DNA from: Clostridia bacterium
GTDB lineage: Bacteria > Bacillota > Clostridia > TANB77 > CAG-508
DNA length: 64,000 bases
Assembly (NCBI GenBank): GCA_017939755.1
Contig: JAGBAJ010000064.1
Coordinates: 7,023-71,022 of the forward strand
Direction of reading: 5' to 3'
Positions 1-9,373 of this stretch are shown in pieces (within the stretch, counting starts at the first letter, position 1; the number at the start of each line of letters is the position of its first letter). The position numbers were made by a program, and so were the translations under genes. The notes beneath the pieces are model-generated. The model worked only from the letters and a program-made list of their open reading frames with translations. It had not been told where the DNA came from and ran no database searches.

Positions 1-33
1 CTTTTTTAATACAAAAATTAATAGGGGGATCAT

Positions 34-711
34 ATGGAGTTCAGTGATTTAGAAAAGAGCATAGGATATATTTTTAAGAACAAAACATTATTAAAAAAAG
101 CTTTAACCCATACATCATATGCATATGAAAAAGAAATAGAGAGCAATGAAAAACTTGAATTCTTAGGGGATAGCATACTTGAATTCATATCAAGTAAATA
201 TATATATAGCAAATATTCAAATCTAAAAGAAGGAGAAATGACTAAAGTTAGAGCTGCTGTTGTATGCGAAGAAAGTTTATATAAAATAGCATGCAGACAT
301 AATTTTAGTGATTTTTTGTATCTTGGAAGAAGCCAAAAATATAGTAAAAATAGTGTAAGACCAGCAATTTTAGCTGATAGTGTTGAAGCTGTTATTGCTG
401 CAATTTATTTTGATTCGGGTTTAGATTGTGCTGAAAAATTTATTATAGATAACCTAAAAGATGAGATTGAAGTTGCAAGTACTAATGTTGGAATGAAAGA
501 TTACAAAACTGTGTTGCAGGAAAAATTACAAATTCATGGAAGCGTACTAATTAAGTACAATATTATTGGCGAAAAAGGACCAGATCATGATAAGATATTT
601 GTGGCAGAAGTTCTATGTGACGGAAAGAAGCTAGCAGAAGGAATTGGAAAGAATAAGAAAATGGCAGAGATGGAAGCAGCAAAAAGAGCACTAGAAAACA
701 TGAAAAAATAG
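34..711 (+). CDS. rnc: ribonuclease III
   Basis: 225-aa ORF with RNase III catalytic signature EKLEFLGDSILEF and a C-terminal dsRNA-binding region (GPDHDKIFVAEV...AEMEAAKRALE). Purine-rich SD aggggga lies just upstream of the ATG. Confidence 0.95.
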   Translation: MEFSDLEKSIGYIFKNKTLLKKALTHTSYAYEKEIESNEKLEFLGDSILEFISSKYIYSKYSNLKEGEMTKVRAAVVCEESLYKIACRHNFSDFLYLGRSQKYSKNSVRPAILADSVEAVIAAIYFDSGLDCAEKFIIDNLKDEIEVASTNVGMKDYKTVLQEKLQIHGSVLIKYNIIGEKGPDHDKIFVAEVLCDGKKLAEGIGKNKKMAEMEAAKRALENMKK

Positions 712-779
712 ATTCTAAAATTCAGATAACAGAATGTAATAAAAACAATTAATAATTTATAGAAATAAGGGGGTGTCAT

Positions 780-1814
780 ATGAAAAAAAAATATATCATA
801 CCAATATTTGTACCTCATTTAGGTTGCCCAAATGATTGTACGTTTTGTAATCAGAAGAAAATTAGTGGACAAACTAAGATGGTTAATGCGATGGATGTTA
901 AAAATACAATTGAGTTTTATTTAAGAAACTTTAAAAAGGGGAATAACTACGTTGAAATTGCTTTTTTCGGGGGAAGCTTTACCGGAATAGAGCCTGAAAA
1001 ACAAGAGGAGCTATTGAACGCTGCTTATAAATATATAATAAATAAAAAAGTAAATAGTATTAGAATATCTACAAGGCCAGATTATATTAATAAAGGAGTA
1101 TTAAAAAGATTAAAAAAATATGGTGTCAAAACAATTGAATTGGGTGTTCAGTCAACAAACGACTATGTACTAGAAAAAAGTAGGAGAGGACATACTTTTG
1201 AAGATGTAAAGAAAGCATCAAAGCTTATAAGAAGGTTTGGGTTTATACTTGGTCACCAGATGATGGTAGGGTTACCAGATAGCACAAGGGAAGATGAGAG
1301 AAAAACTGCAAATGACCTAATCAAATTAAAACCAAAAATTATTAGAATATATCCTGTACTTGTTATAAGTGGTACAAAATTGGAAGAAGATTATAGAAAA
1401 GGACAATATACTCCTTTATCAGTAAATCAAGCTGTTGAGATTTCTAAAGAGCTGTTAATGTTATTTAATAAAAGAAATATAAGAGTAATTAGAGTTGGAC
1501 TGCAAAATACCTCAGAGATAAATGATCCAAGTAGTCAAGATAGTCAGGTCGTTGCAGGACCATATCATCCAGCCTTTAGACAACTAGTTGAGTCAGCGCT
1601 ATGGTATGATGTTGTCGCAAAAAAGATAAAAGAAGTAAATATGAAAGTTAAAGATATTCAAATCGATGCTAATCCATATGACATAAATAATATTATTGGA
1701 CATAAGAAATCAAATATAAAAAAATTTGACGAACTATATGACATAAACGTTATTGTAAAAGCAAATAATAAAATAAAAACAGGTAAATTTAAAATATCTT
1801 CTATATCATATTAA
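780..1814 (+). CDS. radical SAM protein (ELP3/YhcC-like, substrate unknown)
   Basis: 344-aa ORF with CxxxCxxC cluster motif CPNDCTFC near the N-terminus and a GGSFT SAM-binding motif. SD aagggggtg upstream. Confidence 0.85.
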   Translation: MKKKYIIPIFVPHLGCPNDCTFCNQKKISGQTKMVNAMDVKNTIEFYLRNFKKGNNYVEIAFFGGSFTGIEPEKQEELLNAAYKYIINKKVNSIRISTRPDYINKGVLKRLKKYGVKTIELGVQSTNDYVLEKSRRGHTFEDVKKASKLIRRFGFILGHQMMVGLPDSTREDERKTANDLIKLKPKIIRIYPVLVISGTKLEEDYRKGQYTPLSVNQAVEISKELLMLFNKRNIRVIRVGLQNTSEINDPSSQDSQVVAGPYHPAFRQLVESALWYDVVAKKIKEVNMKVKDIQIDANPYDINNIIGHKKSNIKKFDELYDINVIVKANNKIKTGKFKISSISY

Positions 1815-1820
1815 TTAAAT

Positions 1821-1881
1821 GTTACTATTTACACTATATCCCTAATCTTTATTATTTAATTTCCAAGCTGTGAATTGTAAC
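1821..1881. mobile_element. MITE family A, short copy A1
   Basis: Degenerate left TIR gttactatttacact and right TIR gctgtgaattgtaac. Perfect 8-bp TSD AATTAAAT at 1813-1820 and 1882-1889. Confidence 0.75.
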
Positions 1882-1912
1882 AATTAAATAAAGATAACTT
1901 TTATGTATAAAG

Positions 1913-1952
1913 CCACCAATTAATGTAAATAAATACATTATAGGTGGTTTTT
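1913..1952 (+). terminator. rho-independent terminator after the radical SAM gene; its 3' arm contains the SD of the next gene
   Basis: ccaccaattaatgta / tacattataggtgg stem (about 13 bp, one bulge and one mismatch) followed by TTTTT. Confidence 0.55.
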
Positions 1953-2801
1953 ATGAGTTATAAAAAGATTTTTCTGATAATAAAGGAACATATATTCATT
2001 TTACTTGGAACAATTCTTATGGCATTTGCAGTATCAAATTTTTTAGTTCCAAATCAATTGTCTACTGGTGGATTTTCAGGTATTTCAACGATTTTATATT
2101 ATTTATTTAAATTTCCTGTTGGAATAACAACAATTGCTCTTAACATTCCATTATCATTAATTGCCTTTTTTAGAATAGATAAGAGTCTTTTTTTTAAGTC
2201 CGTTATTGGAACGGTCTTTTTGTCGCTCTTCATAGATAAATTTGAAATTTTTGGAACAGTAACTAATGACAGATTTTTAGCATGTATATATGGTGGAATA
2301 CTTACAGGGTTGGGCACTGCAATTATACTTAAAGTTGGAGCGTCAACAGGTGGAACAGATTTACTTTCATATATCATTAGATCATACAATAATAAATATA
2401 GAAGTAGTCGATTAATTTTAATTGCAGACATATTTATCATATCAATTAATATTTTATTTTTTAGAGAGATAGAAATTGGACTATACTCTGTAATTTCAAT
2501 ATATATAATGGGAAAATTAATAGATATTGTTTTTGAGGGATTTTATTTTACCAAGGTTATGTTTATTGTATCTGATCAGTATGAAGATATTGCTAAGTTA
2601 ATTGGAAATCGTGTTAAAAGAGGAAGTACAGGAATATACGCTAAAGGTATGTATTCAAAAGAAGATAAAGTTATGCTTTTTTGTGTAGCATCCAGAAAAG
2701 AAATTACAGAAATAAAAAACATAGTGAGTAATATTGACAAAAATGCTTTTATTGTTACAGCGGATGCTATGGAAACTTTAGGTAGAGGGTTTACAGAGTA
2801 A
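1953..2801 (+). CDS. YitT-family membrane protein (C-terminal DUF2179-like domain)
   Basis: Polytopic N-terminal half plus a soluble C-terminal domain (GIYAKGMYSKEDKVMLFCVASRKEITEIKNIV). I prefer the ATG at 1953 over the track's GTG at 1944 because SD aggtgg lies 5 nt upstream. Confidence 0.8.
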   Translation: MSYKKIFLIIKEHIFILLGTILMAFAVSNFLVPNQLSTGGFSGISTILYYLFKFPVGITTIALNIPLSLIAFFRIDKSLFFKSVIGTVFLSLFIDKFEIFGTVTNDRFLACIYGGILTGLGTAIILKVGASTGGTDLLSYIIRSYNNKYRSSRLILIADIFIISINILFFREIEIGLYSVISIYIMGKLIDIVFEGFYFTKVMFIVSDQYEDIAKLIGNRVKRGSTGIYAKGMYSKEDKVMLFCVASRKEITEIKNIVSNIDKNAFIVTADAMETLGRGFTE

Positions 2802-2866
2802 AAATAATAATGCAATCAAATGTCGAAAAATGGCATACGAAAACCTAAAAAATAGGCTCTAAAATA

Positions 2867-2895
2867 TTGTACTTGCAATAGCATGATGATAGAAT
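2867..2895 (+). promoter_or_regulatory. sigma-A-type promoter for the AgrC-like kinase gene
   Basis: TTGTAC - 17 nt - TAGAAT, about 25 nt upstream of the start codon. Confidence 0.45.
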
Positions 2896-2916
2896 ATCCA
2901 AAAAAAGGAGTGCAAA

Positions 2917-4266
2917 GTGATGTCGGATCTACAAAATTTAATACTAGATAATAATTTTGGTTTGTGGTTATTAATTGCCGTATTTCTTTCTGCACTATCC
3001 TCATTCATTGGTATACTAATGTTTATACAAATTTTCAAGGTTAGATATAAGAAAATAGCAATCGCGGTTTCTGTACTTATTGATAGTGCGGTCTATATTT
3101 TTTGCATGATTTATGTTATTATGCCAATATTTAGAGGATTGTGTATTATAGTCCTCTTTTTTATCTATAAATTTTTACTTGAACAATCGACAGAAAAAAG
3201 TATAGTAGGAGTGCTATTTAATGTTGTAATGGTTGTAATTTCAGAATTAGTCTTTTCAAAAATATTCTTCAATATTTATCCAAATATTAATATATCCATT
3301 CAGGAAAACTATAAATATAAGTATACCTTTTGGCTTATGATAGGAATATGTTTATTTAGAGCCATTGTATACGCAATTATCAAAATAAAAAAGTTATCAA
3401 TAACTATAGGAGATTACATACGAAGTTCAACAAGATATAGCATCATATTAACAACTATTGTAACTATAAGCGTATATTTTATGATTGAAGTTGTATTAAA
3501 TTTAACAAATTTCATATATCCTATTTTTTTCATAAATATTTTATTATTAATTTTTATTGCATATATAAGTATAAAATTAATTGTAAGAGGAGCAATGTTA
3601 GAAGAGAAGGATGGGAAAATACATAATTTAGAAACATATAATAAAACATTATCAATTATGTATGATAGCCTTAGGGGATTTCGTCATGACTATGCAAATT
3701 TTATACAAGCTCTTAATGGATATATACAGATGGATGACTTAGATGGAATAAAGGACTTAAGTAAATCTATAACAAAAGATTGCATTTCTATTAGAAATAT
3801 GGGAACTCTTGATTTTAAAATAATAAATAATCCTGCAGTATACAGCATAATTATTAACAAATTTTATTCGGCTCAGGATAAAAACATTCAAATGAATGTG
3901 GAAGTGATGATAGATATTAATAGTATAAAAATGTCTGTATATGAACTATGTAGAATTCTAGGAATTTTAATTGATAATGCTATAGAAGCTGCTGAAAAAT
4001 GTGAAGATAAAGTGATTAATATTAGATTTATAAAAGATGCAAAAGTAGATAGAAAGCTAATTATTATAGAAAATTCATATTATAATAAAGAAGTTGATGT
4101 AGAAAAAATATTTGAAAAAGGTGTTTCCTCTAAAGAAAGCATAGGGAACGAGCATGGATTAGGTTTATGGATAATTAGAAAAATATTGAGAAAAAATCGA
4201 AATGTAAATTTATATACGACCAAAGGTGAGCTTTTCTGCCAACAATTAGAAGTGTACGAGTTTTAG
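2917..4266 (+). CDS. AgrC/LytS-type (HPK10) GHKL sensor histidine kinase, orphan
   Basis: 449-aa ORF with 6-7 N-terminal TM helices, H-box FRHDYANFIQAL, N-box IDNAIEAA and G-box EHGLGLWIIRKIL. No response regulator or agrBD-like genes are adjacent. Confidence 0.85.
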   Translation: MMSDLQNLILDNNFGLWLLIAVFLSALSSFIGILMFIQIFKVRYKKIAIAVSVLIDSAVYIFCMIYVIMPIFRGLCIIVLFFIYKFLLEQSTEKSIVGVLFNVVMVVISELVFSKIFFNIYPNINISIQENYKYKYTFWLMIGICLFRAIVYAIIKIKKLSITIGDYIRSSTRYSIILTTIVTISVYFMIEVVLNLTNFIYPIFFINILLLIFIAYISIKLIVRGAMLEEKDGKIHNLETYNKTLSIMYDSLRGFRHDYANFIQALNGYIQMDDLDGIKDLSKSITKDCISIRNMGTLDFKIINNPAVYSIIINKFYSAQDKNIQMNVEVMIDINSIKMSVYELCRILGILIDNAIEAAEKCEDKVINIRFIKDAKVDRKLIIIENSYYNKEVDVEKIFEKGVSSKESIGNEHGLGLWIIRKILRKNRNVNLYTTKGELFCQQLEVYEF

Positions 4267-4345
4267 AAATTGGTTGACTATATAATATGACTATGGTGAG
4301 AATAAATAAAAATAATAATTCATATAAATAAAAAAGGTGAGATAC

Positions 4346-5566
4346 ATGAAGAGATTTTTATTTATACTTGTAATGGTAATAGTTATTTGTGGCTCTTGTA
4401 CAACAAATTGTGTTGCAGATGACTTTGAAGAAGAGGAATATGACGAATATATAGATGATTATTTAGCGACTACTAGCAAAGTTGATGGGGATATAAATCT
4501 AAATTCTCGAATAGCAGTAGCATATGATCGCGAAAACAATAGAGTTATTTGGGGAAAAGATGAAAATAAAAAGACAGCAATGGCATCAACTACTAAAATA
4601 ATGACAGCAATAGTAACCATAGAGAATTCAAATATAGATGATCAGGTGGAAATTTCTGCTAAAGCTGCAGCAACTGGAGGATCTAGATTAGGATTAAAAA
4701 AAGGTGACAAAATTTCATTAAGGGATTTACTTTATGGATTAATGTTAAGATCTGGTAATGATGCTGCAGTAGCTATAGCAGAATATGTCGCAGGCAGTGT
4801 ACCAGAATTTGCTAATATGATGAATCAAAAAGCAGACAAATTACATTTAAAGACTACCAACTTTGTTACACCACATGGATTAGATGACCCAGAGCATTAT
4901 ACAACCGCCACAGAGCTTGCAAAAATTGCAGACTATGCTTTGGATAATGAAACCTTTTGTAAGATTGTAGGAAGCAAAAATTATACAATTACGATTAATG
5001 GATACCCGAAAAGCATTAATAATACAAATGAACTCTTAGGGTATTTACCAAACGTGTATGGTGTAAAGACAGGGTTTACAAATAATGCTGGAAGATGCTT
5101 GGTAACATCAATAAAAAAAGATAATATGGATATTATTACTATAGTTATACAAGCTGATACAAAAAAAGACAGAACAAAAGATAGTATAAATTTAATTAAT
5201 TATATTTTTGGTAACTACGAAAAGATTAACATACAAGAAATTGTTGATAAAGAGTTTAAAGAATGGTGTGATATAAATCTAGGAAGAATACATGTAAAAA
5301 AAGCAAACATTGATTGTTATGAGGTATATAAAGATGATCTTAAACAGGATACTCTGATTCTCAATAAAAATCAAATTAGTAAAATTAAAACAGAAATAAA
5401 CGCAGTATACAACTATGAAGCTCCTATTGACGCGAACACATTAATTGGTGAGCAAAAAATTCTTGTAGATAATGAAATTATTGAGATTGATAAAATATAT
5501 TTTAAAAACTTCATAGATAAAAAATGTGTATGGGATTATTTTAAATTATGTATGACTAAACTTTAG
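4346..5566 (+). CDS. serine-type D-Ala-D-Ala carboxypeptidase (PBP5 family)
   Basis: Signal peptide plus SxxK (ASTTKIM), SxN (RSGND) and KTG (VKTGFT). ATG at 4346 is preferred because SD aaggtga lies 5 nt upstream; the track starts at GTG 4337. Confidence 0.9.
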   Translation: MKRFLFILVMVIVICGSCTTNCVADDFEEEEYDEYIDDYLATTSKVDGDINLNSRIAVAYDRENNRVIWGKDENKKTAMASTTKIMTAIVTIENSNIDDQVEISAKAAATGGSRLGLKKGDKISLRDLLYGLMLRSGNDAAVAIAEYVAGSVPEFANMMNQKADKLHLKTTNFVTPHGLDDPEHYTTATELAKIADYALDNETFCKIVGSKNYTITINGYPKSINNTNELLGYLPNVYGVKTGFTNNAGRCLVTSIKKDNMDIITIVIQADTKKDRTKDSINLINYIFGNYEKINIQEIVDKEFKEWCDINLGRIHVKKANIDCYEVYKDDLKQDTLILNKNQISKIKTEINAVYNYEAPIDANTLIGEQKILVDNEIIEIDKIYFKNFIDKKCVWDYFKLCMTKL

Positions 5567-5587
5567 GTGGTACCTAAAGTTTTATTG
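5561..5587 (+). terminator. rho-independent terminator overlapping the carboxypeptidase stop codon
   Basis: ctttaggt / acctaaag stem followed by TTTTATT. Confidence 0.6.
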
Positions 5588-5597
5588 CTCTGCAATA

Positions 5598-5809
5598 GTT
5601 ACAATTCACAGCTAAAATAAATTTATTATGATTTCAAGATATAATATCAATTTATAAGTTTCGCCCCCACTGCGAAGAATAAGTAGTTGTTGCTTCGCTA
5701 GTCACTTGCAACATCTACTTATTCTACCTTGTAGGTCCCCACCTTAACTACACATTATAAATTGATATTATATCTTGTAATCTTTATATGTATAGCAGTG
5801 AATTGTAAC
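5598..5809. mobile_element. MITE family A, long copy A2 (nested palindrome)
   Basis: TIRs gttacaattcacagc / gcagtgaattgtaac, a second-level ~25-bp IR (caagatataatatcaatttataa) and a GC-richer core with an 18-bp hairpin. TGCAATA is present on both flanks. Confidence 0.8.
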
Positions 5810-5914
5810 CATGCAATAGTAAAAATCAGAGATTTTCGGATTTGTACTATTGAAAAGTTGAGTATTAAACGATATAATATGAAGGATTTCAAGATATAAT
5901 AAGGAGGACTATAT

Positions 5915-6172
5915 ATGGCAACAAAAGATAAGAGTATATGGATATTAATAATTTTTATATTATCAGGAATAGTAGTAGGAAGTTTAATTGGAGATATTGC
6001 TGCAAAATCAGGAGGATTATGGTGGCTTGCATATGGACAAGAGTTTGGTTTAAGAGAGCCATTATCAGTTGACTTAAGTGTAATTAAATTTTCGTTTTCA
6101 CTATTAATCAAACTTAATATTTCTAGTATTCTTGGAATGATCCTTGCCGTGTTCATATATAGAAAAATCTAA
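5915..6172 (+). CDS. small two-TM membrane protein (DUF4321-like)
   Basis: 85-aa hydrophobic ORF with SD aaggagg, located directly upstream of radC-mreBCD. The family assignment is from memory of similar small proteins in Clostridia. Confidence 0.65.
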   Translation: MATKDKSIWILIIFILSGIVVGSLIGDIAAKSGGLWWLAYGQEFGLREPLSVDLSVIKFSFSLLIKLNISSILGMILAVFIYRKI

Positions 6173-6256
6173 CTACAACAGGAAAGCTATATTTTTTATT
6201 ACAAAAAGTTTTCACAAAAAAAGAGTAAGGGGTTATGGGGGCAGGAAGGATACTTT

Positions 6257-6949
6257 ATGGCTATAAAAATAAAAAAACTACCCATAACAGAAAGACCATA
6301 TGAAAAATTAGAATTGTATGGCGAAAAGATGTTATCAAATTCGGAATTATTGGCAATAATAATTAAAAATGGAACAAAAGAGCATACCGCTATCGATATA
6401 TCAAATATAATCCTTTCTAGAATAGATAATAATTTGAAAGATTTACAAGATATACCATTGGAGGAATTTAGGAATATACAGGGAATTGGAAGAGTAAAAG
6501 CCATTCAACTTAAGGCTGTTTGTGAGCTAACAAAGAGAATGTCAAGACCAATTAATGATACAAAAATTCAAATAAAAAATACAAAAGATGTTGCTGAAAT
6601 GTTTATGGATGAATTAAAGCAAGAAAAGAGAGAAATTGTAAAACTTGTTTTATTGAATGTAAAAAATGTAATAATGAAGATTATGGACATTTCATATGGA
6701 GGTACAAGCTCTGCGTCGGTTGAACCAAAGGACATTTTGATTGAGGCTATAAAGATTGGAGCTCCGAAAATGATTTTAATCCATAATCATCCAAGTGGAG
6801 ATTCGGAGCCAAGTTTTGCAGATTTTGAAATGACAAAGAAAATTGAGAAAGCGTCTAAAATTATAGGGATTGAGTTACTTGATCATATAGTTATTGGTGA
6901 CGGAAATTATGTGAGTATTTTTTTGAAAAGAGGAGATAGCAATGTTTAA
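6257..6949 (+). CDS. radC: RadC-family JAB-domain protein
   Basis: JAB/MPN motif HNHPSGDSEPS and helix-hairpin-helix GIGRVKAIQL. Overlaps the mreB start. Confidence 0.92.
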   Translation: MAIKIKKLPITERPYEKLELYGEKMLSNSELLAIIIKNGTKEHTAIDISNIILSRIDNNLKDLQDIPLEEFRNIQGIGRVKAIQLKAVCELTKRMSRPINDTKIQIKNTKDVAEMFMDELKQEKREIVKLVLLNVKNVIMKIMDISYGGTSSASVEPKDILIEAIKIGAPKMILIHNHPSGDSEPSFADFEMTKKIEKASKIIGIELLDHIVIGDGNYVSIFLKRGDSNV

Positions 6950-7976
6950 TCTATTTAAGTTGGTGTCAAAAGATATTGGAATAGACTTAGGTACAGCAAA
7001 TATTTTAGTTACATTAAAAGGAAAAGGAATTGTACTTAAGGAGCCTTCAGTTGTTGCTATAGATAAGAAGAATAATAGTATTTTATCTACGGGCTTCGAG
7101 GCAAAGGAAATGCTTGGACGTACCCCTGAGGATATACAAGCTATTAGACCATTAAAGGATGGTGTAATAGCAGATTTTACTGCAACACAATTAATGTTAA
7201 AGAATATTTTAGAAAAAGTTTGCAGAAAATATAATGTTACTAGACCTAGAGTTGTTGTAGGTGTTCCTTTTGGAATTACAGAAGTTGAGGAAAGAGCTGT
7301 TCAGGAATCCGTATTACAAGCAGGTGCTAGAGAAGTATATTTAATTGAAGAGCCGATGGCAGCTGCTATAGGCGCTAATATCGATGTTGCTGAACCAAGC
7401 GGAAATATTATCGTTGACATAGGCGGAGGAACAACAGAAGTTGCTGTAATATCTCTAGGTGGAATAGTTGTTAGTTTTTCTTTAAGAGTGGCTGGAGATG
7501 AGCTTGATGAAGACATTGTTAATTATATAAAAAGAGAAATGAATCTTGCAATTGGAACAACAACTGCAGAGGAAATAAAGAAAACTATTGGTTGTGCTAA
7601 ACCGTTAATGACAGACATGTCTATGGAAGTACGAGGAAGAGATTATGCAACAGGTTTACCAAGAACTGACACAATCTACTCTTCACAAGTACTTGAAGCA
7701 ATGAATGAATCAATTATGAAAATAGTAGATTTGGTTAAAATGACTCTTGAAAAGACACCTCCAGAGCTGTCTTCAGATATTATGGAAAAAGGAATAATTC
7801 TGGCTGGTGGTGGAGCTCTAATTCAAAATTTAGATAAGCTTTTAATTGATCATACTGGAATGCCAGTTTACGTTGCGGAGGACCCATTAGATTGCGTTGT
7901 AAAAGGGGCTGGAAAAACACTTGATGATATAGAAAGATTAAAAAATGTTTTTATAAAGTCAAGAAGACATAAATAA
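6942..7976 (+). CDS. mreB: rod shape-determining protein MreB
   Basis: Actin-fold ATPase motifs DLGTANILV, DIGGGTTEVAV and LAGGGALI. Confidence 0.97.
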   Translation: MFNLFKLVSKDIGIDLGTANILVTLKGKGIVLKEPSVVAIDKKNNSILSTGFEAKEMLGRTPEDIQAIRPLKDGVIADFTATQLMLKNILEKVCRKYNVTRPRVVVGVPFGITEVEERAVQESVLQAGAREVYLIEEPMAAAIGANIDVAEPSGNIIVDIGGGTTEVAVISLGGIVVSFSLRVAGDELDEDIVNYIKREMNLAIGTTTAEEIKKTIGCAKPLMTDMSMEVRGRDYATGLPRTDTIYSSQVLEAMNESIMKIVDLVKMTLEKTPPELSSDIMEKGIILAGGGALIQNLDKLLIDHTGMPVYVAEDPLDCVVKGAGKTLDDIERLKNVFIKSRRHK

Positions 7977-7991
7977 ATATAGGAGATTATA

Positions 7992-8813
7992 ATGTATAAA
8001 GACAATAAGAGCGGAAAATTAGGTATTATAATAACAATTGTAATTCTGATTTGTCTAGTTATATTTACAAATTTGGATAACAATATCATTGATAAAATTG
8101 TTAACCCATTTACAAAGGCTACAATGTCAATACAATGTGCATATACAAGTGTTGTAAATAAGATGACAAAAGACGAGGCGTATTTTTCGTCTTTAGAATC
8201 TGCTAAAGTTCAATATGAAGAGTTGAAAAAAGAAAACGAAAAATTAAAAGATGAGAATCAGAAAATGATTGCAATACAGGCTGAAAACAAAACCTTAAAA
8301 GAGCAACTTGGTGTTGCGGAAAATTATTTGAGTTATGAATTGGTTCCAGGTTATGTAATACAAAGAGATTTCTCTAATTATAGCAAGGTAATTGTTATAA
8401 ATGTTGGAAAAAAAGACGGAATTGAAAATAATATGACAGTGGTTACCGATAAAGGCTTGGTTGGATATGTTGTTTCAGTAGAGGACAATTCGTCAAAAGT
8501 TCAAACAATAGTTGATACTGCAAGTGCAGTGAGTTGTCTTATATCAAATTCCGAAAAAAGCATGGTGACAAGAGGTGTTTTGGATTCAAATAAGAAGATA
8601 AAAGGAACCTATATTGATAATGATGTTGTAATAAATGAAGGGGATACAATCTATAGTTCGGGTATAGGAGGGATATATCCAAAAAATATATGTATAGGTA
8701 AGATAAAAGAAATAGTAAATACGCAGAACAAAACCAATAGATATGTTTATGTAGAAACCGCTGTTGATTTTGACAATTTGAGTGATATTGTTGTGCTAAA
8801 AAAACAGAAGTAA
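7992..8813 (+). CDS. mreC: rod shape-determining protein MreC
   Basis: N-terminal TM, a coiled coil (ELKKENEKLKDENQK) and a beta-rich C-terminal domain. Lies between mreB and mreD. Confidence 0.9.
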   Translation: MYKDNKSGKLGIIITIVILICLVIFTNLDNNIIDKIVNPFTKATMSIQCAYTSVVNKMTKDEAYFSSLESAKVQYEELKKENEKLKDENQKMIAIQAENKTLKEQLGVAENYLSYELVPGYVIQRDFSNYSKVIVINVGKKDGIENNMTVVTDKGLVGYVVSVEDNSSKVQTIVDTASAVSCLISNSEKSMVTRGVLDSNKKIKGTYIDNDVVINEGDTIYSSGIGGIYPKNICIGKIKEIVNTQNKTNRYVYVETAVDFDNLSDIVVLKKQK

Positions 8814-8825
8814 GGAGGGAACCAG

Positions 8826-9359
8826 TTGAAAAAGTTTGGAGTTATAGTATCATTAATTGTTATATATTTTGTAATATATTTTTTACAAGTTAATTTTTTT
8901 AGCTGGTTTAATATAGCAGGAGTACAACCAAACTTATTTGTACTTTTTGTATTATTTATAGGCATTTTTACAAATGAAAAAATGGGTGCTGTTTGTGGAT
9001 TTATTATTGGGTTATATACAGATTTCTTGTTCTCAAATTCAATAGGAATTTCGGCAGTACTTTTAACTTTTATAGGACATTGTGGAGAAAAAATAGTTAA
9101 AAGATTTTCAAGAGATAGTAAATTAACGATTATATTAATGGGTACGATTTCAGTAGCTGTATATGAGTTATTGTGCGTTGCATATAAGTCGTTATTTTTC
9201 TCTGCTTCAATAAATTTTCTTTCATATATATATATATTGGCTATAGAGCTACTATTTAATATGCTATTGATAATAATATTTTATCCGTTGATACACAGAT
9301 TTGGATTATTTGTGGAAAGTGTATATAGTAATAATAAAATGTTAACAAGATATTTTTAG
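8826..9359 (+). CDS. mreD: rod shape-determining protein MreD
   Basis: 177-aa polytopic membrane ORF immediately after mreC. TTG start preceded by SD aaggaggg. Confidence 0.8.
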   Translation: MKKFGVIVSLIVIYFVIYFLQVNFFSWFNIAGVQPNLFVLFVLFIGIFTNEKMGAVCGFIIGLYTDFLFSNSIGISAVLLTFIGHCGEKIVKRFSRDSKLTIILMGTISVAVYELLCVAYKSLFFSASINFLSYIYILAIELLFNMLLIIIFYPLIHRFGLFVESVYSNNKMLTRYF

Positions 9360-9373
9360 GGAAGGAGAATATA

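Noticed and set aside
2821-2827. Perfect Spo0A-box heptamer TGTCGAA upstream of the AgrC-like kinase, and a 6/7 match (tacgaca, 13051-13057) upstream of spoIIE.
   Set aside because: By base composition I estimate several chance occurrences of such a heptamer per 64 kb counting both strands, so a single box is not evidence of regulation.
5755-6156. 133-aa minus-strand ORF spanning MITE A2 and the DUF4321 gene. Similar cases are 43220-43420(-), 49632-50036(-), 46696-46884(+), 11201-11623(-), 61225-61511(-) and 63367-63570(+).
   Set aside because: These ORFs run through interspersed repeats, terminators or promoter regions, lack SDs, and overlap better-supported genes. They are artefacts of ORF calling.
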